Both the position numbers and the translations under genes were made by a program. Of a stretch of 64,000 bases of DNA, positions 9,675 to 19,262 are shown in pieces (position 1 is the stretch's first letter; each line of letters begins with the position of its first letter). Below the pieces are notes generated by a model that saw only the letters and a program-made list of their open reading frames with translations, did no database searches and was not told the DNA's origin. The DNA is taken from positions 384,001 through 448,000 of the forward strand of contig CBDBZU010000004.1 in assembly GCA_965213625.1 (NCBI GenBank), written 5' to 3'. This DNA comes from a bacterium (GTDB lineage: Bacteria > UBA8248).

Positions 9675-9962
9675 TCACCACCGCTTGAAATCCTTGAGGA
9701 GCACGCCGCTCTCGGGGTCTTCATCACCTGTGGGTTCTTTGAGGCTCGCCTCGAGGCTTACCTCGGTTGAGGCGCCGAGCTTCCAGCGCACGCCGGCGCG
9801 CCAGGTCTCCGCGTTTTCCGAGTACGCCACGCCCGTAAACGGCGTCAGCAGCCCGCGCGGGGCGTCGAGGCCGTAGGCCAAAGCCACGTCGATGGCCGTG
9901 AAGGTGGAGGCCGCCGTGGTCACCACGTCCTCGATAATGGCGACTTTTAACTTGTAGGCCAT
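9675..9962 (-). pseudogene. Chimeric remnant: phosphoribosyltransferase (PyrE-like) fragment joined to an outer-membrane beta-barrel C-terminus
   Basis: N-terminal KVAIIEDVVTT resembles the PRPP-binding loop; the remainder has amphipathic strands (YGL..GLLTPFTGVAYS..WRAGVRWKL..VSLEAS) ending in terminal Trp. Confidence 0.5.
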
Positions 9963-10699
9963 TTAATAATAAATTGATTTTTCCTTTGAGATTCATTTCC
10001 GTCCGTTTAGAGGAAACAGGTTATTTTCAACGGACCAGAAATCCCGTTACCCTGCTGATAGCATTGATATATCTTCATTGGCAGAAATTCTGTTTGTAAT
10101 TTGTTAACTACGATATGTAATCAAAACGGAAACGAGAAAATTCTAACTCCTGCGTAGACTGGCGGGTCCAGTTCGTATTTTTATCGAGAATCCGGTTCAC
10201 TATGACTTGCTTGCGCTTGTACCTTGTCCTCAATCAGCGGCGGCATTCATTACGCTCTTACCAAGAAGAACGCACCTGCACAGAAGACAGTAGCCAATCC
10301 TCCAATATCGTTGCGCTCAGGCGGAGAATAATTGCAGAATGACAATCAGGATAATCTGCTTGCCTGAGCCATTTCGAAATCTTACACCGAGATGATGGCG
10401 TCTAACGGTCATCACTTTGACCCGATATGAAACGATATCCAAGGGTAAAAAGTCGATACTGCTAGTAGTTTCACAAGAGGCGATATCTGCTTGCGTCTCC
10501 CTTCTCATTGAGGCCAAGGGACCGATAACCGGAGTCGAAAGGCCGCATGGGCCGCTCTTCTTGACACGCATACCGCCCCTCGCTAGGTTGCCGGAAATCA
10601 TCATAATGATGCCGCGTCTCGCTAGACGCCCTCCTCGGCGGGGATGGGCGTCATCATCGAAGACGGCAATATTACCAGCCTTATCCTGAGGGGAACCCT

Positions 10700-11080
10700 A
10701 TGCCCGTTTATCGTTTCGAGGATTTGCCCACAGTGCAGCAAAACCCGAATCTCTCCAGCAACCGGGGGGAGTCCATCAAGGGCGAGCGCATGCATTTCTG
10801 CCACAGGAAGCGTCCCGAGGGTACGAAAGCCGAGCCGCACTATCACCCCTGCGAACCGTTCATCTATGTGTTGAAAGGCCGCCAGCGCATCACGGTGGAT
10901 GGCGAAGAACACATGGCGGGACCGGGGGACGGCATCCACATACCGACGAACGCCGTGCACTCAACGGTCGCTTTGGATGACATGGAAACCATTTACGTCA
11001 AGGACACCTCCTGGAGTCTCAAGGGCGTACCCGCAGGCGAGGCGGCTCCCGACGCGCCTCCCGAAGACAACCCGTTCTAA
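10700..11080 (+). CDS. Cupin-domain protein
   Basis: PHYHPCE...VLKG and GDGIHIPTNAVHS cupin motifs. Confidence 0.85.
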   Translation: MPVYRFEDLPTVQQNPNLSSNRGESIKGERMHFCHRKRPEGTKAEPHYHPCEPFIYVLKGRQRITVDGEEHMAGPGDGIHIPTNAVHSTVALDDMETIYVKDTSWSLKGVPAGEAAPDAPPEDNPF

Positions 11081-11096
11081 TCTAAGAGGAAGAGTC

Positions 11097-12230
11097 ATGC
11101 ACGAATTTTTTCCCGGAAACTATATGCGCTCGTTCGTCACCTGCATCTCGCTGAGCTGCGGGGGCAGCGTGGACGAGATAGACCGCATCGTGAAGAATTT
11201 AGAAGGTACCGACCCTGCCGACAACGAGGCGTGGCACCGCGAGTGGACGGCCATGGCGGAGCGCGTGGAGAAAATCGGCACAGAGGCGGCCGAGCGCAAT
11301 CGTCGCCTCACGGCCTCTCGCGCCTTTTTCCGCGCGTGCAACTACTATCTCTACGGGGAGCGCTTTTTGCCGCCCACGAACGAGAAGAAAATCCCGAGCT
11401 ACAAGAAAGCGCTCGCGTGTTTCGATAAAGCCATCGCGAACGACAACGCGCTCAATCTGGAGAAAGTCGAGGTTCCCTGCGAGGGGCAGACCCTGCCGGG
11501 ATTTTTCATGAAGCCCGAAAGCGAGGGGAGGGACTACCCTGTCGTCATCTTCGTGGGCGGTCTCGACAGCACGAAGGAGAGCCAGTACTTCATGGCGGCG
11601 GCGGACATCATCGCGCGGGGGATGGCGTGCCTCATCGTCGATACGCCGGGCATCGGCGAGGCGCTCAGGTTGAGAAACATCCGCACCCGTCACGATTATG
11701 AAGTCGCAGGCGCCGCCTTGGTCGATTATCTGGAAACCAGAGAAGACGTGGACGCAAGCCGCATCGGCCTCGTGGGTCTGAGCATGGGCGGGTACTACGC
11801 GCCGCGCATCGCCGCCTTCGAGAAGCGAATCAGCGCCTGCGCCGCCTGGGCGGGGCACGGAGATTACTACCCCATCTGGTACGAACGCCTGAGAGTCCCC
11901 ACCGGCATCGGGCAGTTCCGGCCCAGTCCCAAGTTCCAGATCCTCTGGGTGCTGGGGGTCGAGACGGCGGATGAGGTGCTGGAGGAGATGAAGAAGTTCA
12001 CCATCGAAAAAGAAGCGGCGCAGATTCAGTGCCCCTTCCTCATCACCCACGGGGAGGGCGACCGGCAGACGCCTGCGTCCGAAGCGCAAAAGCTCTACGA
12101 CGCCGTGGGCGCAGAGGATAAGACCATCCGCATCTTCACGCACGAGGAAGGCGGGGCGGAGCACTGCCACTTCGACAACATCGAACTCGGCAGAAGTTTT
12201 ATACTGGACTGGTTCGCCGAGAAGCTTTAA
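11097..12230 (+). CDS. Alpha/beta hydrolase, 2,6-dihydroxypseudooxynicotine hydrolase/FrsA-like
   Basis: GGLDSTKE, GLSMGGYYAPR (Ser), HGEGD (Asp), GGAEHCH (His); RBS GAGGA before ATG at 11097. Confidence 0.85.
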   Translation: MHEFFPGNYMRSFVTCISLSCGGSVDEIDRIVKNLEGTDPADNEAWHREWTAMAERVEKIGTEAAERNRRLTASRAFFRACNYYLYGERFLPPTNEKKIPSYKKALACFDKAIANDNALNLEKVEVPCEGQTLPGFFMKPESEGRDYPVVIFVGGLDSTKESQYFMAAADIIARGMACLIVDTPGIGEALRLRNIRTRHDYEVAGAALVDYLETREDVDASRIGLVGLSMGGYYAPRIAAFEKRISACAAWAGHGDYYPIWYERLRVPTGIGQFRPSPKFQILWVLGVETADEVLEEMKKFTIEKEAAQIQCPFLITHGEGDRQTPASEAQKLYDAVGAEDKTIRIFTHEEGGAEHCHFDNIELGRSFILDWFAEKL

Positions 12231-12326
12231 TCAGGCCGGCAGCGTGCTGAACACACGTCATCGCGGCATGTTCTCAGGGCGAATCCAGAAGCGTTATTGG
12301 GAATCAAAGCGGCGTATCGTTCATGT

Positions 12327-13301
12327 TTACAGCGTGAGGACGATTTTCCCGAGAAACTTCCCGCTCAACATCTGTTCATGCGCCGCATTGGCCTCGGCCA
12401 GCGGAAAGACGGCGCCTAAATGCACCTTGAAGCTCCCGTCGCGCAGCATGGGCAGGTAGCGCGGCACGACTTCGGGCATCTTGCGGGCGAGGTTGACGCC
12501 GGTAACGCCGAAAATACGCGCATCCTTCGTCATCACAGCGGGGACGCGAAAGCCCGCGCGCTGCTCCTTGCCGAGACCCGCTCCCATCACGACGATACGC
12601 CCGTCCACGCAGATGGCGTCGAGGTCCTTGTCGAAGTTGTCGAAGGCGGCGCACTCGATTATCACGTCCACGCCGCGCCCGCCGGTCAACGCGAGGCAAC
12701 GCTCGGCGAAATCCTCCCGTCGGTAGTCGATTGTTTCCTCCGCCCCCAGCTTCCGGCAGAACGCCGCCTTCTCTTCCGAACTCACCGTGGCGAACACCCT
12801 GCAGCCCATGCGCCGGGCGAGTTGCACCGCCGCGGATCCTACGCCGCCCGCACCGCCGTGCACCAGGACGCTCTCCCCCGGCCCGGCTTTGGCCTTGATG
12901 ACCAGCGCGTTCCATGCCGTCCTCAGACCCAGCGTGACGCCCGCCGCCTCTTCGTGCGTCATGTTCTCTGGCACGACCGCCGCCGCAGGGGCGCGCAGCC
13001 GCACCACCTCCGCGTAGGCCCCGCCCGCGCAGGCGCCGAATACGCGCTGGCCGACCTCGAAGCCCGCCACGCCCTCGCCGATTCCGATCACCTCGCCCGA
13101 GGCCTCGAGACCGGGAACATAGGGCGGCGTATGGTGGCCCGAGTGGTGGCTTTTGCCCGAACGGGTGGCGACGTCGCTCGGGTTCACGCCCGCAGCCCTT
13201 AAGTGCACCAGCAACTCATCCGGGCCGGGCTCAGGTATTTCCACCTCTTCCAGCCGCATCGGAGTCTCCAGACCGAACGCCTGCACACGCATCGCCTTCA
13301 T
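12327..13301 (-). CDS. qor: NADPH:quinone reductase (zeta-crystallin/MDR family)
   Basis: AAGVNPSD, PGLEASG, VLVHGGAGGVG, GKIVL motifs. Confidence 0.85.
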   Translation of the reverse strand: MKAMRVQAFGLETPMRLEEVEIPEPGPDELLVHLRAAGVNPSDVATRSGKSHHSGHHTPPYVPGLEASGEVIGIGEGVAGFEVGQRVFGACAGGAYAEVVRLRAPAAAVVPENMTHEEAAGVTLGLRTAWNALVIKAKAGPGESVLVHGGAGGVGSAAVQLARRMGCRVFATVSSEEKAAFCRKLGAEETIDYRREDFAERCLALTGGRGVDVIIECAAFDNFDKDLDAICVDGRIVVMGAGLGKEQRAGFRVPAVMTKDARIFGVTGVNLARKMPEVVPRYLPMLRDGSFKVHLGAVFPLAEANAAHEQMLSGKFLGKIVLTL

Positions 13302-13336
13302 GGGACGTCTCCTCGTTCGGGAGCCTCAAGGCTCCC

Positions 13337-14326
13337 TCAACTCTCCAGAAAGTTCTCCACCTCGAGGTAGAGTTCCTCTCGTCTTTTCTCCCATTCCATG
13401 TAGTGCGTGCCGTCGCCGATGACGACGAAGCGCTTGCCCCGGCTGTTCGTCATCTTCCCGAATAAATCCCATGCTTCGGCCTCGTTTACCGAACCGTCGT
13501 AGTCTCCAAAGATGAGCAGCGCCGGGCAGCGCAGCTTCGCCGCGTCGTAGGCGGGAATCCCCCGCGCGCGGTCGAACAGGTCGGCATACGAGCCGTTGGG
13601 CGATTTCACCGCCGAGGGCCGCCGGCCCGCCCCCTCGGGGCTGTAGTACAGGCGCGTCTCCCACACCGCGCGCACCACGTGCCGCTCCCGCCAGCGGTGG
13701 TGCCGCGTCCCCGGAATATGGCCCCACCAACGCCTGTGGAGGTCGGCTTCCGTCGTCCAGAACCACGCGCCGAGTTTCTCGTTGAAATGGCCGGGGCGTT
13801 CGGGGTCCTCGAACTGCTCGGCCCGCGCGGGGTTCACGCCCGCGTAGTAGGGGGCGTAGAGCACGATCTTTCGTACTTGTGGGTTGTGGGCCGAGGCGAA
13901 GGTGGGAACCGTGGTCGAGCCCCACGAGCGCCCGAGGATGTTCACCTTATCCACCTCGCGCAAATTCCGGATAAAGCGCACTGCCGCGCCGATGTCGCGC
14001 GCCGCGGTATAACCCCGGATGGCGGGCGGTTTGCCGACCGGGTCATCGATCATCTCCCGGGGATAGGTGGAATAGCCAAAACCGCGCACCGAGACGGCAA
14101 AGACGTCGTAGCCGCGCGAGGCCAGGCGATCCATCCAGGAATACCCCGGCACGGGCAGGTCGAACACCACGGGGGCCGCCGGTCCGCGCCCGTGCACCAG
14201 CAGGAGCGTCTCGGCAGGCGTGAAGCGGCGCTTTCCCCTGGGGCGCTTTTCGCGCACGTGGAGCCGGATGCCCTTATCGAAGGCGTCGATGTAGTGATCC
14301 TCACAGGCTATTTTGGCAGACGCCAT
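13337..14326 (-). CDS. Alpha/beta fold hydrolase
   Basis: LLVHG, RGFGYS, GRSWGS nucleophile elbow, GDYD and GTH triad residues. Confidence 0.8.
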   Translation of the reverse strand: MASAKIACEDHYIDAFDKGIRLHVREKRPRGKRRFTPAETLLLVHGRGPAAPVVFDLPVPGYSWMDRLASRGYDVFAVSVRGFGYSTYPREMIDDPVGKPPAIRGYTAARDIGAAVRFIRNLREVDKVNILGRSWGSTTVPTFASAHNPQVRKIVLYAPYYAGVNPARAEQFEDPERPGHFNEKLGAWFWTTEADLHRRWWGHIPGTRHHRWRERHVVRAVWETRLYYSPEGAGRRPSAVKSPNGSYADLFDRARGIPAYDAAKLRCPALLIFGDYDGSVNEAEAWDLFGKMTNSRGKRFVVIGDGTHYMEWEKRREELYLEVENFLES

Positions 14327-15375
14327 TATCCGGTCTCCTTATCCGTAGTCTCACTCACCGCCACCTCTCTCCACACCCTCGGAAACACCTCCTCGGCCAT
14401 AAGCCTCATGGTGTCGAGCGCGAGCGCGTGGGGCATGCCCGGCCACTGGAGGCTGATGATGAGATGGTTCACGCCCAGGCGGCGGTTAAGCCGCGTGATC
14501 TGCCCGGCCACGTCGTCGGGCGAACCCAGGATGAAGCGGTCCTTGATCAATTCCTCCAACTGGACGCCGAAATCGTTGTCCCCCTCCGGCATGGCCTTGT
14601 CCTGCCCCCACTCGTGGTAGGAGTCATATTTTTTCTTGAGGAAGGGCCCGCACAGGCGAAGCACTTCCTCGCGACTTTCCGCCACGAACACCTCCCGGCG
14701 CATGGGAATTTCCTGAGGCGGCGAATGGCCCGCCTCATCCAATGCCTCGCAGAATACCTCCATCTGCCGCTCGATGGTGTCCAGCCGGTTGTGGGGGTTG
14801 ATGTACCAGGGAAGGCCAAGACGCCCCGCGCGCCTGATGCCCCCATCCGCGTTCGCGCCGATCCAGATGGGCGGGTGCGGTTTCTGGAGCGGCTTTGCCG
14901 AGCACGAAGCGCCGTCCAATTCGAAGTGCGACCCCCGCATCCAGACCTTCTCCTCGCTCCAGAGGCGGCGGATGGCTTCGAGATTTTCGTTGAAGCGGTG
15001 CAGGCTCTCTTTTTTACTGGTTCCGAATGCCTTGAACTCCACCTCGCGGTAGCCGAGTCCTACGCCCACGGTGAGCTTGCCGCCGGATATCACGTCGATT
15101 GTCGCCAGTTGTTCGGCCAGATCGAGCGGCTTGTGCAGCGGGAGGAGAATAATCCCCGCGACGAGGCGAAGCTCCGGCGCTTCGGCGGCGACGCGGGTCA
15201 GGAAAGGAAGCTGCTGAAAGCCCTGAAAGGGATGGGTGCTGTAGTGCGAACCCTTGGTGATGGAGGCGAAGCCTATGTCGCGCGCAAGGCGCACCTGTTC
15301 CAGGTGCTCTTCCAGGCGAGCGCGCATGTCGTCGCCCCGGGCGAAGTTGCCCCTCAGCATGAGGCCGAATTGCAT
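14326..15375 (-). CDS. Luciferase-like (LLM class) flavin-dependent oxidoreductase
   Basis: LAEQLATIDVISGG, GLGYREVEF, PLQKPHPPIWIGA motifs; start ATG at 15375. Confidence 0.88.
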   Translation of the reverse strand: MQFGLMLRGNFARGDDMRARLEEHLEQVRLARDIGFASITKGSHYSTHPFQGFQQLPFLTRVAAEAPELRLVAGIILLPLHKPLDLAEQLATIDVISGGKLTVGVGLGYREVEFKAFGTSKKESLHRFNENLEAIRRLWSEEKVWMRGSHFELDGASCSAKPLQKPHPPIWIGANADGGIRRAGRLGLPWYINPHNRLDTIERQMEVFCEALDEAGHSPPQEIPMRREVFVAESREEVLRLCGPFLKKKYDSYHEWGQDKAMPEGDNDFGVQLEELIKDRFILGSPDDVAGQITRLNRRLGVNHLIISLQWPGMPHALALDTMRLMAEEVFPRVWREVAVSETTDKETG

Positions 15376-15416
15376 GGCGTAGCCCTTCCCTCGTAAGCGC
15401 AAGACGGTCGGCGTTC

Positions 15417-15456
15417 AAAAAAAACCGCGAGGGAGCATGCCGCTCCCCCGCGGTTT
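15417..15456 (-). terminator. Rho-independent terminator after the SBP gene
   Basis: On the minus strand, CCGCGGGGGAGC-GGCAT-GCTCCCTCGCGG followed by T8. Confidence 0.75.
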
Positions 15457-15469
15457 GATGCCGCTCGGA

Positions 15470-17017
15470 TTAGTTCTTCATCTTCTTCATGTCGATTTCC
15501 CACGCGAAGAACGTCTCATCGTGCCTCGGCTTGAATCCAAGCGCCTTCTTGTAGGCGAAGATGTCGTTCGTCTTGTAGAGAATCTTGAACAGCGCCTTCT
15601 TCTTGATGAGCGCGGTCACCTTCTGGAACTCCATGTGCTGTTTCTTGAGGTCGGCCGTGGCCGCGGCCTTGTCGATGGCCGCATCCATGTCCTTCATGCA
15701 GTGGACGCTGGAGTGGCCCCGGCAGGAGGACGTCGCCCGCGTGATACCGCCCGGGTCGCCGCCCGCGTTTCCGTAGCCTTGCAGGAACATCGCCACACCC
15801 TTCTTTTTCTTCTGGAACGCCTTGCGCGTCTTCTTCCAGAGGGGATAGGGCATCGTGCGGCAGATGGTGTCGATCTTGATGCGCTTCAGGAAGCCGGCGA
15901 TGGCCTCACAGCTTTTCACGTCGCCCGGATACCGGCCGATGGTGCCGTAAATTGTCGCCTTGAAGCCTTTTTCGTAGCCTGCTTCCTTCATGAGGGCCTT
16001 CGCCTTGTTGATGTCGAAGCCGTACCACTTGTCCTCGGGGTTGTAGCCCGCGAAGTTCCACGGATGGTAGAGCGAACCCCAGAGCTTCGCCCGTCCGGCG
16101 AGGAAGGTGGTGCGCAGAAGATCGGCGTCGATGGCGTAGTTCACGGCGAGGCGCACCTTTTGATTTGCGAAGGGGCCGCCCTGGCGCGTCACCATGGAGA
16201 CGAACATCATCCGCACGGCGGGCACGTCGGCCACGGCGAGTTTCGCGTCTTTCTCGAGCTGCGGGATGAACTGGGGCTTGACCTTCATGACCATGTCCAC
16301 CTCACCCTTCTGGAGGGCCTTCACGCGGGTGGTGGCCTCTTTGATCCCGCGCACGATGACGGTCTTCGCCCGGTTGGGGTATTGCGAGTTGCCCCACCAG
16401 TTGGGGTTCGCCTCGAACACCATCTTGCGGCCCTTGGCCCATTCCTTGAGGATGTAGGGGCCGGAGCCGAAGGTTTTTCTCGAAATAACGGACCACTCCA
16501 GGCCCTTCGCCTTAAGAGACATGATGTGGCCGAAGCGCCCCAGGCGGTTCAGCAAGCCGTTGTCGGGCACCTTGCTGTGCCAGATGAAGCGGTGGGGGCC
16601 GACTATCTCGATGCGGTCGAACGCCTTGAAGAAGACCCGCTGACGGCTTTTCTTGTTCATGATGCGCGTCATCGAGAACTTCACGTTCTCAGACGTGAGT
16701 TCGGAACCGTCGGCGAACTTCACGCCCTTGCGCAGCCAGAACTCCACCTTCTTGGGGCTGTGAATCTTCCATTTCGTGGCGAGCCAGGGCTTGCGTTTTC
16801 CGGTGCCCGCTTCGGCGGAAACGAGCGTGTCGTAAGACCAGCGCCAGAGCATCGTGCCGATGAAATTCGACTTGGGATGCGGGTCCATCGTGGGCGTGAC
16901 GCCCGGAAGCGCGATCACGAGTTTACCCGCGGCCATGGCATGCGCCTTCGGCGCGGCCATGAGGCCTGTACCGACGATGAGAACCGCCAGCAGAACAACC
17001 ATCCATTTACGCATCAC
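15470..17017 (-). CDS. ABC transporter substrate-binding protein, family 5 (Dpp/Opp/Nik-like)
   Basis: Signal peptide, LRKGVKFADG, GSGPY and KVRLAVNYAID motifs. Confidence 0.9.
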   Translation of the reverse strand: MMRKWMVVLLAVLIVGTGLMAAPKAHAMAAGKLVIALPGVTPTMDPHPKSNFIGTMLWRWSYDTLVSAEAGTGKRKPWLATKWKIHSPKKVEFWLRKGVKFADGSELTSENVKFSMTRIMNKKSRQRVFFKAFDRIEIVGPHRFIWHSKVPDNGLLNRLGRFGHIMSLKAKGLEWSVISRKTFGSGPYILKEWAKGRKMVFEANPNWWGNSQYPNRAKTVIVRGIKEATTRVKALQKGEVDMVMKVKPQFIPQLEKDAKLAVADVPAVRMMFVSMVTRQGGPFANQKVRLAVNYAIDADLLRTTFLAGRAKLWGSLYHPWNFAGYNPEDKWYGFDINKAKALMKEAGYEKGFKATIYGTIGRYPGDVKSCEAIAGFLKRIKIDTICRTMPYPLWKKTRKAFQKKKKGVAMFLQGYGNAGGDPGGITRATSSCRGHSSVHCMKDMDAAIDKAAATADLKKQHMEFQKVTALIKKKALFKILYKTNDIFAYKKALGFKPRHDETFFAWEIDMKKMKN

Positions 17018-17193
17018 AGACGTCCTCCCTTTCTTGTTGAATTGAAATCATGGAACCAGATAGAAACTCCTCTTGAAACCACTTGCACGAAAAAACCAAC
17101 GATGACGGCACGATACACATGCCGATTATCGTCTTGATCTGGAAACGCCTTCGCCTTTCAGGAGAGCACGCATCTAAAGGATGGGCTTTCTGT

Positions 17194-17224
17194 TTGACAA
17201 GCGTTGATCGATTCGACTTATAAT
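17194..17224 (+). promoter_or_regulatory. Sigma70-type promoter with 19-bp spacer
   Basis: TTGACA(17194)-N19-TATAAT(17219) upstream of the permease genes. Confidence 0.55.
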
Positions 17225-17380
17225 AAATATAAGAGCATTATAGAGAAATACGTCTTTACTGCACAAGCGCGTCTTCCTCATTTTCCGCATCGGCTCCAGG
17301 CCCATCCAGGAAGATTTCGGGGACGCTCTTTTGAGTGGCACGCGTCCGCCACCCGAGGGCGAGCAAGAAAAGGTCGAACC

Positions 17381-18316
17381 ATGCGCGCATACATAATCCG
17401 CCGGTTGCTGCAGAGCCTCATCGTCATCAAGGTGGTGCTTGTCGTCGTCTTCGTGATGCTTCACTTGACGGGCGACCCCGCCGACGTGCTGATGCCCGAG
17501 GATTCCACGCTCGAGGACGTGGCCGAATTCAAGAAAGCCATGGGCTTCGACAAACCGCTCCACGTGCAGTATTTCAACTTCCTCTTCGGCTTCGGGAAGA
17601 GCAAGGGAGTGCTCAGGGGGGATTTCGGCTTTTCGTTCCGCCACGAGCTGCCGGCTGTGGACCTTGTGTTCGAGCATTTTCCGGCGACCATCGATCTGGC
17701 CCTCGTCGCCGTCATCATCTCGATAGTCGTCGCCCTGCCTACAGGCATACTCTCGGCCACGTTCCGAAACACCTGGATCGACTACGTGAGTTCGATCGGC
17801 TCGATGTTCGGCCAGTCGATGCCGAACTTCTGGCTCGGCCTCATGCTCATCCTCATCTTCGCCGTCGGCCTCGATCTCCTGCCCACCTCGGGTTATGAGG
17901 GATGGGAGTACATCATCCTCCCCGCGCTCACGGCGGGTCTCTACCAGACGGCGCGCATCATGCGGGTCGTGCGCTCGGGTATGCTGGAGGTGCTGGGCAG
18001 CGACTACATACAGACGGCGCGTTCGAAGGGCGTCTCGGAGTATCTCGTCATCGTGCGCCACGCGCTCAAGAACGCCTCCATCCCAGTCGTCACGCTCATC
18101 GGGCTGGAACTCGGCGTGCTGCTCGGCGGCACGGTCGTCACGGAGGCCGTCTTCGCGTGGCCAGGCGTGGGCTTTCTGGTGATAGACGCCATCAACAACC
18201 AGGACTATCCCGTCGTTCAGGCGGCGGTGACGCTGCTCGCGCTCATTTTCGTGGGCATCAACCTGATCGTGGACATCATCTATGCGTGGCTCGACCCGCG
18301 CATCGTGTACGGTTAA
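17381..18316 (+). CDS. Peptide/nickel ABC permease (DppB-like)
   Basis: GDFGFSF, PATIDLA, DYIQTARSKG EAA loop, LDPRI C-terminus. Confidence 0.92.
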   Translation: MRAYIIRRLLQSLIVIKVVLVVVFVMLHLTGDPADVLMPEDSTLEDVAEFKKAMGFDKPLHVQYFNFLFGFGKSKGVLRGDFGFSFRHELPAVDLVFEHFPATIDLALVAVIISIVVALPTGILSATFRNTWIDYVSSIGSMFGQSMPNFWLGLMLILIFAVGLDLLPTSGYEGWEYIILPALTAGLYQTARIMRVVRSGMLEVLGSDYIQTARSKGVSEYLVIVRHALKNASIPVVTLIGLELGVLLGGTVVTEAVFAWPGVGFLVIDAINNQDYPVVQAAVTLLALIFVGINLIVDIIYAWLDPRIVYG

Positions 18317-18329
18317 CGGGAGAGAGATT

Positions 18330-19259
18330 TTGGCCCAGGAACAACACGCGACGGTAGGTGAATTCGCGGAGGCCGCCGAAGAGCCGCGCGGACCCACAAA
18401 CTTCCAGTTGGCCGTCCGCGACCTGAAGCGGCGTCCGCCGGCGCTGTTCGGGCTGATCTTTCTCGTTATCGTGCTCCTCTGGGCGCTCGTCCCCTGGCTA
18501 TTTTCGCCGCTCGACCCTTATGATCAAAACCTGAGAATCTTCCTGAAACCCCCGGGGTTCGTCGACCCGGCTGGAAACTTTTACCTGCTCGGAACCGATC
18601 AGCAGGGGCGCGATATGCTGAGCCGCATCATCTGGGGCGCGCGCATATCGCTCATCGTGGGTTTCGCCGCCGTCGTGGTGAGCGGTTTCATCGGCATCAC
18701 CATGGGCATCGTGGCCGGTTATTTCGGCGGGGTTATCGACGCCATCATCAGCCGCATCATCGACTCGGCGCTATCGATACCCTTCATCCTCCTCGCCATG
18801 AGCATCGTCGCCATCATGGGGCCGAGTCTCAGGAACGTCATTCTCGCCATCGCGATCAGGACTTGGATCGTCTATGCGCGCGTGATTCGCGGCACCGTCT
18901 TGTCGGTGAAAGAAGTCGAGTACATCACGGGGGCCAAGGCTTCGGGGTGTTCGACTTTCCGGGTGCTCTTCATGCACGTGCTGCCCAACGTGCTCTCGCC
19001 CGCCATCGTCATCGCCACGCTCTATCTGGGCCGGATGATCATCATCGAGGCCGCGCTTTCCTTCCTCGGCGTGGGCGTGCCGCCGCCGACACCCACATGG
19101 GGCGGAATGCTCTCCCACGGGCGTGAATACATCGACACGGCCTGGTGGATAGCCTTCTTCCCGGGAATGATCCTCATGCTGACGGTGCTGAGCGTGAACC
19201 TTCTGGGCGACTGGCTACGGGACACGCTCGACCCCAAGATGAAGCGCCTGACGGAGTAG
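18330..19259 (+). CDS. Peptide/nickel ABC permease (DppC-like)
   Basis: LLGTDQQGRDMLSR, HVLPN, LGDWLRDTLDPK; probable TTG start at 18330. Confidence 0.92.
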   Translation: MAQEQHATVGEFAEAAEEPRGPTNFQLAVRDLKRRPPALFGLIFLVIVLLWALVPWLFSPLDPYDQNLRIFLKPPGFVDPAGNFYLLGTDQQGRDMLSRIIWGARISLIVGFAAVVVSGFIGITMGIVAGYFGGVIDAIISRIIDSALSIPFILLAMSIVAIMGPSLRNVILAIAIRTWIVYARVIRGTVLSVKEVEYITGAKASGCSTFRVLFMHVLPNVLSPAIVIATLYLGRMIIIEAALSFLGVGVPPPTPTWGGMLSHGREYIDTAWWIAFFPGMILMLTVLSVNLLGDWLRDTLDPKMKRLTE

Positions 19260-19262
19260 GCC

